Of a stretch of DNA of 64,000 nucleotides, positions 52,701 to 64,000 are shown piece after piece. Position 1 is the first letter of the stretch, and the number at the start of each line of letters is the position of its first letter. Where the stretch lies: contig NC_043006.1 in the NCBI RefSeq assembly GCF_006345805.1, forward strand, positions 73,718,001 to 73,782,000, read 5' to 3'. The DNA is from Octopus sinensis. Taxonomy: Eukaryota. The position numbers and the translations under genes are program-made. Under the pieces are notes generated by a model. The model was not told the DNA's origin. It ran no database searches and was given only the letters and a program-made list of their open reading frames with translations.

Positions 52701-54258
52701 GCGTAAAATTCCAACAAACTGAGAATGTTTTACATCTGTTATTCAGTATTTCAACCCTAACACACACACACTCACACACACATATATATACACACACACG
52801 CACCTCCAAACACTAACACGCACGCACACACACAATATCACACCCATATACATAGAATATACTGAATAACTTAGAAGACTTTCTAATTTTTTCTGGAATT
52901 TCCCTTTCAGTTGAAGAACTAACAACGTAAATTTAGCAAGAAATTGATAATAAAAAATTAAGTCCTTGAGAGAATATTTCCCCTTGAGCACTTTACGGCC
53001 TTATCAGACCGTATCAGCATAACATTCCTCTTAATACTATATATCACTCGTGAAATTTCTATTTATAGAATAATCCACAAATTATTCAAATATCCAAAAC
53101 GGAAAAGAAAATGTAGTATTTGAGAGTAATTTAAAACATATTAATTATAGAAAGATATAATATTTTACATTATGCATGTCAAACATTACGCTTATTAATG
53201 TAACGGTTCATATTTGTACGATAATTTTGAATATAATATTTATACTTATTTTCGGAGTGTTGTGCACTTTTGTAAAATACATTAAAAAAAGGGTAAATGC
53301 GATATTTATATCGTGCTTTTATCGTATTATTTCTGTTTTTGTTTTTCGGTTTCAATATTCTATATGTAATCAAGATACCGAATGGAGTTAGACTGAATAT
53401 TATACACGGATTGTGCCGTTTATATGCGTGACTTTATCTATATTTAGGTAGGAATTAAGAGTTAGCTCTAGCATGTGAAACTAGAAAAATTAATGTTGCT
53501 GGGAAATATATAGTATTGCTATACTGTTGGGAATATGTACGTAATTAACTAAAAAGATAGGGCAGCAAGGAGAGAGTGATGCAATTGCAGGGATTGCTGA
53601 AGTGGAACAGATAGATGGGGAGAAAGAAAAAGGAAAATAAAGGAGAATAAGTATGAATATATGAAGTAGTGTTTGTGGGGAAATGTAGCTCGAGAGACAA
53701 GTGGGCAGGGAAAATGTCTATCAACAATCCAACCGATAATATATATAGACTAAAGTCTCCTAAGTTCTCTGTAACCAGCTCTCTTATGACCTTTCAAATA
53801 CGGCTTGTTTCAGCTTATCTAGAAGGTTAAATTCTGCCACTACACCCGTCTTTTCCAAAAAGAAGATTACAAAAAATAATAAAACAATCAAGAAGAGTAA
53901 GAACATTTAGGAATTTTGATAAGACCAAGAACTTGCATGGGATTACCAAAAACACATATCACCAGTTTCAATATAAAAACGTTCTAAGACATAATTAAAA
54001 GAAAGTAACATTCTACCGTGCAACGGTTAATTTCTACAATCTCCGGCGAAACTTATTGTTTCAGCTCTTTACTTAGAAATAAGCCACATTCTGTTGATCA
54101 AAAAACCTTACTTTCCATTTAAGGAGCATATATCTCATGTTTTCTACCATTTTTTATATGGCTGATGAACCCACTAACATTGATGTAGTGGGTCCATGAG
54201 CTTAAAGGGAATATACATACATGCGTATATAATACATATATAAGTCCATACATACAAA

Positions 54259-54600
54259 GAAATAAGCTGTTCCCTGGACACCAATGTGTTTAGAAAAATA
54301 CAAGAGTAAGTCAACATCTATGGAGCATTAGTAAGGAGTTTGCAAATCCAGTACCCAAGATACACTTTTCAGTTTCATACCCCTTATAATTGGAGCAACA
54401 GGTTTGCATTCCAAACCCCCAGGAGTAAGGTATGGCTGAACTTGCGTCCTTCGGGAGAGAATGCAAATCCTTAATTCATACGCTACAACTGATTACCATA
54501 ATTTGGACAATAAAAATCTTCAAGACCGTCTTATGACTTAAAGGATGTTGAACAAAATAAGATACTTTCGTTCACAACCTAAATTAAAAAGCGAGAGAGA
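54259..54600 (+). mobile_element. RLE-type (R4/NeSL-like) non-LTR retroelement 3' fragment
   Basis: EISCSLDTNVFRKIQE*VNIYGALVRSLQIQYP..F.FIPLIIGATG...ECKSLIHTLQLITIIWTIKIFKTVL* (E..CP..N..K..KY and PxIIGAxG motifs). Confidence 0.65.
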
Positions 54601-54624
54601 ACATACATACATATACATACATAC

Positions 54625-54935
54625 CTCAAAACCAGAAACAAGAAAGCTGATTCGAAGGCTACAGATCCAAGCCATCACTGGAACTGTAAAAGTCTGCAAA
54701 GCTATCCAGAAGATTATCATTTAAGTATATGTAAGCATGTCTAGATCTGTAAGTATATGCATGAGAATACGCACATAAAGCAAAACATACAAATCTGCAC
54801 GAGTTCATACATACATACATACAAAAATACCCTGTTGTTGATGTTGAACTTCTAATGACGGAGTCTCGGGTCTAGGTTAGAAACCGACTCTTTCTTTATT
54901 GACAAGAAATCTTAAAATAAAACTGAATAATGACA
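54625..54935 (+). mobile_element. Second RLE-type element 3' end (related family)
   Basis: ETRKLIRRLQIQAITGTVKVCKAIQKIII*, then a 3' UTR ending AAATAAAACTGAATAATG followed by ACAT repeats. Confidence 0.55.
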
Positions 54936-55537
54936 TATATACATGCAATGCGTCGGACATTGCTATTTTGTTTCGACTTAGTGATCTGAGTTAAAATCGC
55001 GCCGAAGTCAACTTTGTCTTTCATCATTGCAATGATCAATCCAAGGTGGGTACTTAATAGTGGGAATCGTAAGATAGTGGAAACGGATAAGCTATGTTCT
55101 CTTTGGTTTTGTGTCTTCATTTCAAATACCACCATGGCCTACTTGTGTGGGGGACTTAATAATGTCCTTTGTTTTACACCACCACCAAGTACCTTGAGTG
55201 TTTCTTGTGGCGACCAGAATGGTGCAAGCATTTAGTCAACGTTTCTTGTCTCAGGAAATCTTCGTTCCTCACTCACGTTAGTTTCGGAGGCACTAGAAAG
55301 GGCCACGGGCGCTACTCTCTGTATCTCTGCCTCTCTGTCTCTCCCTCTGCCTCGCTCTCTCTATTTCGACTGAATGACAGAGTACTGAAGTGAAGATACT
55401 AAGTCTTAGATAAATGAAGTTCCATACTTATTTGAGTATGTTACTCTTTAATATCATTTTTTCAATATGTAATTTTTGCTTGTATAACAGAATATTGTAT
55501 CTACACACACATACACATATACTTATGTATATATATA

Positions 55538-55571
<34 letters not shown>

Positions 55572-55734
55572 TAATCAAAGGACATACTTAATTTTAATCC
55601 GCCAGCTATTTAATGCCTTTTGGGCCCTCAATCACCTATATTATTGATTCTGTTATCATTTTTAATTGCTACACTAGATAATAATAAAGTCAATAATATC
55701 TTTGCAAATATTTTATCCTGAATTAGTTGCTCCG

Positions 55735-55785
<51 letters not shown>

Positions 55786-57078
55786 ACACACACATATGTT
55801 TGTATGTATGCGTCTGTATTTAAGTATGTATACACACACACACTCATACATATATGTATATATGTTATCTATTACACACAGATAGCTATTTAATCTAATA
55901 CTTCTTCATCTGCGTACATAGGATTGCCTATGTGTGTGTTGTTTCTGTGGGTGTATGAAATTATACGCTCAAACAGAAACGCATATGAGTTTTACAGTAA
56001 AAAAGGGAGATAAATATTATATGCCTATAAGTATATCGCAGAATTTATTTCGTCAAAATTTAGGTTCCCGGCCGTCTGTATCGGACATTCCCGTGTCTGA
56101 TTTCCATTTTTCACTGACACGCTGATATCGAAATTCAATTAATGAATGAATATATCTCAAGATTTTGATTATACAGCCAGTGGTTAGTTGGGTCGGTATG
56201 ACATAGTATGGCATTTCAAGAATATTTTGTTGTTGTTGTTGGTGCTGAACAGAGATTACTACAACACAGTTAACGTGTATTATCATACCGCTTGATAAAA
56301 GAAGTCCGTTTATCGATGTTTTATCATATATTTTATTTGCGTCAGTCATTAGACTGCTGTTATGCCGGGGTACCGGCTCGAAGGGTTTTAGTTGAACAAA
56401 TCAACCCCAGTACTTATCGTTTTAAAGTCTGGTTCTTATTGCATTGGGCTCTTTTGCTGAACTGTTTGTAAATGTGGTGGGGACAAAGGTAACAACACCA
56501 ATAAGGCATACGCATATATACATGAGGCTTCCAAACGCTCTTCATTAACTAAATTCACGCACAAAGCATAAGTCGGCCTGATGTTATGTAAGAGGCACTA
56601 GCCCGAGTTTTAGCGCAGTGTGGGAGAACCCGAAACCAGATAGTTGCAGAGGTAGCTTCTCAACCATTTTCCCATCAGTGTGCTTATAGCCTGCTCTTAT
56701 AGACTTCCCTGCAACTTTATAGACTACTACTTCGTTGTTGCTCTAAACATAATACTGCATGTATTCTTTATGTGAATTCGTGTGTTCAAGCATATTTTAT
56801 TGTGTCGGGGGCGAGTCATTCTCTTTTAGAGCCTCATTAATTAAACACTCACTGATTTCCAGTCATTAATATTTTTATTACTAAAATTTTCGGTGTGACT
56901 TTCAAACTTTTCAATAGTCTTTAATTCTGTCCGTTATCGGAATTGCGTTTTTTTTGTACGCATGCGTGTACATCAGTGTGCGTATGCATACACATAAGTA
57001 AATATGTATGTACGTGTGTGTTCACAAACACACACACACACACAAACATGAACACACAAGCACTTGGACATGCAGAAT

Positions 57079-57125
<47 letters not shown>

Positions 57126-57159
57126 TATATATATAATATATATATATATACACACACAC

Positions 57160-57198
<39 letters not shown>

Positions 57199-57237
57199 CA
57201 TATATGTATATATATATGCACATAAAAGATACATACT

Positions 57238-57274
<37 letters not shown>

Positions 57275-57694
57275 GTGTATATATATATATATATATTGTT
57301 TCACCTCTTTACTTAGAAATAACCCACATTCTTTTGATGAAAGAACCTTACTTTTCATTTAAGGAGCTGAAACAATGCACACATACCAACGCGCACGCAT
57401 GCATACATAGGCATACACACATACATGCATGCACACAAGCATGCATGCACAGAAACAGTACATACATACATATGTGCACACATGCATACATATGCATACA
57501 CACAGATACGTGTATACACACATGTATATATACATATGTGTATGCACACACATACACGCATACGCATGCGTACAAAAAAGTAAAGGAAGGCAATTCCGAT
57601 AACGGATAGAGTCAAAGACTATTGAAAAGGTTGCGAGTCGCAACAAAAATTTTAGTAAAAATAAATAAGTAAATGAGTGGAAATGAGTGCTAAA

Positions 57695-58484
57695 GTTTCT
57701 TATTTCTTTATTGCCCACAAGGGGCTAAACATAGAGAGGACAAACAAGGACAGACAGAGGGATTAAGTCGATTACATCGACCCTAGTGCGTAACTGGTAC
57801 TTAATTTATCGACCCCGAAACGATGAAAGGCAAAGTCGACCTCAGCGGAATTTGAACTCAGAACGTAGCGACCTACGAAATACCTATTTCTTTACTACCC
57901 ACAAGAGGCTAAACACAGAGAGGATAAACAAGGACAGACAAACGGATTGAGTCGATTATATCAACACCAGTGCGTAACTGGTATTTATTTAATCGACCCC
58001 GAAAGGATGAAAGGCAAAGTCGACCTCGGTGGAATTTGAACTCAGAACGTAACGACCTACGAAATACCTATTTCTTTACTGCCCACAAGAGGCTAAACAC
58101 AGGAAGGTCAAACAAGGACAGACAAACGGATTGAGTCGATTATATCGACACCAGTGCGCAACTGGTATTTATTTAATCGACCCCGAAACGATGAAAGGCA
58201 AAGTCGACCTCGGTGGAATTTGAACTCAGAACGTAACGACCTACGAAATACCTATTTCTTTACTACCCGCAAGGGGCTAAACACAGAGAGGACAAACAAG
58301 GACAGACAAACGGATTGAGTCGATTATATCGACACCAGTGCGTAACTGGTATTTATTTAATCGACCCCGAAAGGATGAAAGGCAAAGTCGACCTCGGTGG
58401 AATTTGAACTCAGAACGTAGCGGCAGACGAAATACCGCTAAGCATTTCGCCCGGCGTGCTAATGTTTCTGACAGCTCGCCGCCT
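57695..58484 (-). mobile_element. SINE family B tandem tetramer
   Basis: Four ~183 bp units (starts near 57704, 57887, 58070, 58255) and a single head ending at 58484. Confidence 0.92.
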
Positions 58485-58629
58485 TATTATGAATAAGGCT
58501 CTAATATATGATGACTCTCCACAGACATAATAAAGTAATATTGCATGGTTTTCAACTTATTGAAACTAAGAAGTCTGCATTTGAGAATGCCTGTAGAAAT
58601 GCATATTTTCGCGCTTCTACTTTTATTTT

Positions 58630-59210
58630 TTGCTTTATTTGTCAGGTCGCTCTTGAGTGCTACTGGTAACATGTAATCCAGTACAACGTATTGCGTGGTC
58701 GGCTCGTCGGCGACTAACCTGGCAACCCCATCAAGCTTTCTTGGTGAGGAGGGTGATTGTTGCACACCCTGCGGGACGGAAAATGAGACCCCTCAAAGTG
58801 CGGAAAATCTACTGTGTAGTCAACGGCCATCATCGAGTACTTTGTCGCGGTGAAGTGCCTATGTGCTCCATTGATCGGAGACCTATGCCGGAGGAAGAGA
58901 ATCTTATACCAGGTCAGAGAGGTCTACCAGGTCAGACAGGTCGAAGGGTAGGTGAGAGACAAAACCTTAACGACAATAAGTCGAAGCGTCGGCAGCATGG
59001 CGTGGATTTAGTTAGCGGCAGGACCTAACAGATGAGATACCTGGCTAGAGAATCTTGAATACAAGACAATTGGATGAGACCCTAATATTCCTAGTTAGAT
59101 GGAAACTGCGGGACCACATAGAGCAGCGCCTTGAGAGTCCTATTATATGCGCAACCAAAACCCCTATGAATAGGGGTGTCCTATGGGACGACCAAGATGA
59201 GATGAGATAT
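58630..59210 (+). mobile_element. Unassigned GC-richer non-autonomous element, possibly RTE-derived
   Basis: Composition shift, no long credible ORF, terminal hairpin ACCCCTATGAATAGGGGT and (GAGAT)n tail running into (TA)n. Confidence 0.35.
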
Positions 59211-60114
59211 ATATATATATATACTTCAATGTCTCGTCTGTCACAAGATCTCGACTGTGCACACATATGAATTTGTCAGTAAAGCCATGGCCCCATAAAT
59301 TTAAAGGTTCATAACTGATCAAGTATCTACGGTATAGTGTTCTCTTTAGGTACCAGATATATTAAGATAACTCTATTTAGATTTGTTGGTCTATTGTCTG
59401 AATGCGTAAGCGTGTTTAAATGTATGTGCTTTAGTACGCGTTTACTGCCTTGTGGTGTTTTTGTGTTTTTTTTACAATCGATGTAAAGCTTCTCGTTATC
59501 GCAGAAACACCCCCACTAAAAACAAACAAACAAACAAGAAAACAATACTATACCTGGATAATTCAGGGCCTTATTTAGGTACCGTCGATGAGGTAACAAC
59601 GTGTAGAGGTCGTTGCGTTGAGATAGAATATTTGCTCTACTCGCGTGTACAAATGTTTCTATTTATTCTAACTATAAACCGACGGGAGCAATATATTTCC
59701 AGTGCAGCTATAACAAACTGTTATATTAGCTTCATTTAATATAAGTTTGTGGTATTTGTAGTGGCTGGCGGATATCTTAGTGCATTAACTTTAAGAAGTT
59801 TCTATCTGCGTTTATGTTCGATGTACATTGACTGGAGCGGGAGTGTTGAACAATAATTCTGTCTTTATGTTTTAGCTAAGTCTATGTATTATAATTCTAT
59901 GTGTGCATACATATATATGCATGGATATACACACCGATACCACAATGCCATATACATACGTATACACATGTGTAATACACATATACATACACGTATGTGA
60001 ACGCTCACAGAGATAGATATGTATGCATATGCATCATATACACACATATATATATCCTATATGTGCATATGTATGCACATATATAAATGTGTGTGTGTGT
60101 ATCTTATATGTGCA

Positions 60115-60130
60115 TATATATATATATATA

Positions 60131-60180
<50 letters not shown>

Positions 60181-60187
60181 TATATAT

Positions 60188-60238
<51 letters not shown>

Positions 60239-60250
60239 TATATATATATA

Positions 60251-60293
<43 letters not shown>

Positions 60294-60436
60294 TATATGT
60301 TTATATATATATATATATATATATATATGTTTATATATATATATATACATATATATATATGTTTATATATATATATATAAATATATACAAATATATGTAT
60401 ACATGTGGTGTGTGCATGCGTGCACGCGTGTGTATG

Positions 60437-60500
<64 letters not shown>
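60115..60500. repeat. Interrupted (TA)n microsatellite
   Basis: Direct inspection. Confidence 0.95.
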
Positions 60501-60504
<4 letters not shown>

Positions 60505-62673
60505 TAAGAGACATGAGTTATATCTCGCTATGAAGTAAGTAATATCAAATTTTGAAAAATAAGTTTATGTTTCTGCACATAAAATACAAAATATAAGAGA
60601 CATGAAATCTTGTTTATACAATACAGGAAATAAATAATAAAAATAGTCCAGTGTAATGTATTTATCTCTTTCCTATTCACGTTTTTGTTTTTTGATAAAC
60701 AGCCATATTATTCTAATGTGTTTACTGCCCTCGGTAAATTCAGAAACATCTGATGTAAACATTCAGTTCGTTTCTTTATCGTCTATATACTCAATTGTTA
60801 GAATAATGATTTTGACTAGACAGATGATTAGTTACCGTAAGCGTGGTTGACATTATCTGTTGAATTAGCTCCGCTTCTAAGTTTGCCATTTTTTATATTC
60901 TCCATACGCGGAGGGACGACTTGCAAAGTAAAAGAAATTAGGACTCTTAGACGTATCTTGAACTCCATCTTCAGTGTGTCTTATCGTTGTATAAATAAGT
61001 CGCTGTGTTCTTACATAAGTAGTTGCTGTGAAGGTGCATCGCTTAATAGTGAGTTCGTTTAATGGTGAGTTCGTGTAATGGTGAGATCTTGAGTTCTCAC
61101 TTAATGGTGAGATTTCTTAATGATGAGATCACTTAATGGTGAGATCGGCGCGTAGTGTTCTTGAGCAATCAGCTACCAAACGTGAATAGTACCTGTATTT
61201 CAAAGGGTCAGCCAAGACACATTTTGTGTCACGCAAAATCTCCCTGAGAACTACGTTAAAGTTACACATGTGTGTAGAGTGCTCAGCCATTTGTACGAAA
61301 CTTTCACGATCAGGCTGTTCGGTTGATCGGATCAACAGGAATTCACTTCGACGTAGCTGACAGAGGACAAACCAAGTAGTAGTTGTTGACCGAAATTTGA
61401 CTATAAAAGGTGTCGTCTGTACATTTCCCTTGTCTATCGTCTTTCTTATTTGAGTTGCAGCAATAATAACTCCCAGCTTCTACGTATGATTCAAAGTCAA
61501 CCTCTACATCTTCCACTACATCTTTCTCTCTATCGCTCTCCGAAATCCTTCGTAAATTTTGATTTTAAACTGTCAACCCACTTTCTCTCTAACCAGTTTT
61601 ACTCAGACGTTTTAACAAACAGAAAAAAAAAACATATTCGACTGAAGATTGATATACAAACAGGGGGGAAATTGTCGCAGCTGGAATATTTTTGATCTCA
61701 GCTGTGCGGTACTGGAACAAAACGACGTTTATGAACCGAGATATGATGAAAACACTTATACAACAATTAATCCCATTTTGAAATAATTTTCGTAAGGGAT
61801 CTTTATATATTCGTTTACAGCAATCTTAGAAGCGAAAAGTTGATTACATCGCCGACAGTGTTTGAATGGTACTTATTTTATCGACCAGAAAAGGGGAATG
61901 ACAAAGATAACGACTTTGAATTAAGAACGATAAACACACTGTGTTTGAATTACAAACGATAAATGCTGGAAGGAATGCCACTAAATATCTTGTTCAACAT
62001 GCTAATGATTTTGCCAGTTCCTCGCCTTAAAACAACATAGATCATGAAAGCCAAGATATAACCTTGAAAAGATAGAATTCTCACAGTTTGAAAGCCTTTG
62101 ATCGTTGGTCTGCCCGGTCAGTCTAGACTACAGGCTAAATACGAGTTCCAAAATGTTTCCTCTTTCTCTTTAATCCTCATTAAATAATAGAAAAAAAGTG
62201 GGATTATAGTATAAAAATAATTGCATAATGGAATAATGAAATTACGAAATGACCTGATAAACTGTGAAATCTCAAGAAGGAAAGTCTAAAATGCCTGCAG
62301 GAATGAGTGTTTAACTGATAAACAAGATAAGCCATAATCACTAACCACAAATAGAAAGACGCTATACAACATTTTTATGAATTTCGTCTATTATGGTTTT
62401 CATCATTTCTTTCCGCTTCTCATATAGTTTCAATACAAAGCAATTAGTAGAAGTAAATCCCTTATTGTCAGACACGTGTAAGTAAATACGATTGACTGAG
62501 GCGACGGGAAGTGAGAGTATAGACCGTCGTTGTCACAGATACAGGCACAATAATGATTTTTAGAATCTTTAATGTATTTATACACAGAAACATCTATTCA
62601 CATATGTATTTATAAGCACAAACATTACAAGCACAAAAATGAACACACGCATACAGACGCGAATGTATATATG

Positions 62674-63541
62674 TACGAGGGGTATATGAAAAGTCTTGAG
62701 CCTCAAACAAAATAAAAAAATTGGTACAAGACTTCTGATGAAGGTACAAGACTTCAAGGTAAAGTGAAAAAGTTGGATTAGTGGGTTCCACATGAAGTCA
62801 ATGAAAATAAGAAACAGCAACGTTTGGAAGCCGACATTATGCTACTTTCTAGTCACAAAATGAATCATTTTTGAATCGAATTGTAACATATGATGAGAAA
62901 TGGATCCAATACAACAACCGTAAACGTTCAGCACAATGGTGGGACAAAGGCAAGCCACCAAAACACAATCCGAAAGGCAAAATTTATCAAAAGAAGCTCA
63001 TAGTGTGTATTTGGTGGTCTGGCGCAGGTGTAATCCATTATAATTTCATTAAACCTGGCTCATCAATCGCAGCCGAAGTATATTGCAGCCAGCTGGACCA
63101 AATGATGCAGAAACGTAAAAAAAAACAGCATAGATTAGTCTACAGACCCACTCCTATTTTATTGCAAAACAACGCCAGACCACACGTTAAAATGACATTG
63201 GCGAAACTACAGGAGTTGGAGTTGGAAGTTCTCCATCACCCACCATACTCACCTGATCTTACTCCCACTGATTACCACTTATTCCAGAATCTGGATAACT
63301 TTTTGATAGCAAAAAAAGAAAAATTAATTCCAATGATGCTATAAAACAGGTCTCCCAAGATTTTATTGACTCTAGATTGCCAGGATTTTACAGTTCCGAG
63401 TTGGACAAGCTACCACTGAAATGACAAGAGTGTATTGACAATATGGGTGCATACTTTGATGAATACAACTATTCCTTGAATTTAAAAAACATTCGCAAAC
63501 ATTTTTTCTTTTCTACAAATTTCATACTTGACGACCTAATA
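62674..63541 (+). pseudogene. mariner transposase pseudogene, N-terminally deleted
   Basis: WVPH motif (62790s), TYDEKW, LLQNNARPH (second catalytic D lost), HPPYSPDLTPTDYHLF, C-terminal ECIDNMGAYFDE; 3' TIR TTGACGACCTAATA. Confidence 0.9.
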
Positions 63542-64000
63542 GTTGCATGGATATTAATTCATAGAAAAAAAATCTCGCTTTAAATCGCTGAGCGAGAGAT
63601 ATGCAGTAACAGTACCGCCAAGTAAAGCTTATTTGCCAACAAAATGTGGCAGTCCTATACAAGAACACACAGCCAACTGGAAAATATTTTTCCTTGGGCT
63701 ATACAACAGTTAACATCGTTCTTGTATAGGACTGCCACTTTCTGTTACCAAATAAACTTCACTAAATATAGAAATGATAATTATTCATACGGATTCGGAT
63801 CGGAATTAGTCTTGTTTTACTCAATAAAAATCAATTTGCACGCACCGATTTTATTTCCGCCACATAATAAGGTAATCGCAAAATCTAAATTTGATAAATT
63901 TACTTGCGTATTCTCAATACATTTTATCGAATTATATTTTAATTAACATTTTGATTTGCAATATTATATATTAATTTTCTGAAAGTTGTATAGTAACTGT

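Noticed and set aside
57695-58484. Regular repeat array as CRISPR or satellite
   Set aside because: No unique spacers; units are bodies of a dispersed SINE.

Overview
This is AT-rich, repeat-saturated eukaryotic DNA. The four tRNA-derived SINE families and the very long (TA)n/(TATC)n/(CATA)n microsatellites match what I recall of Octopus genomes; that assignment is by recognition, not by search. I find no credible host protein-coding exon, so the window looks intergenic or deep intronic, and most track ORFs are microsatellite translations. Recognisable content: many SINEs (some in 2-4-unit tandem multimers, several with 13-19 bp TSDs), decayed LINE fragments (CR1/L2-like, RTE, L1/Tx1-like, RLE-type R4/NeSL-like), two Penelope-like (PLE) ORF remnants, Tc1/mariner and hAT MITEs and transposase relics, Helitron/Helentron-like non-autonomous elements and a candidate solo LTR. 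The main signal is a set of type I hammerhead ribozyme (HHR) motifs from unrelated small, (TA)n-associated, mostly fold-back elements. Three (11.8 kb -, 27.7 kb -, 38.9 kb +) share an odd architecture: intact core, palindromic stem III, a 45-55 nt stem II and a mismatched 10.1-11.1 pair. A minimal U3-A8 core variant sits on both arms of a ~385 bp palindrome at 39.4 kb. One inverted duplicate begins 1 nt from a predicted cleavage site. Secondary signals are two candidate microsatellite-targeting retroelements ((TATC)n and (CATA)n) and a SINE sharing its 3' tail with the Tx1-like LINE. All folds and activities were read by eye and are untested.
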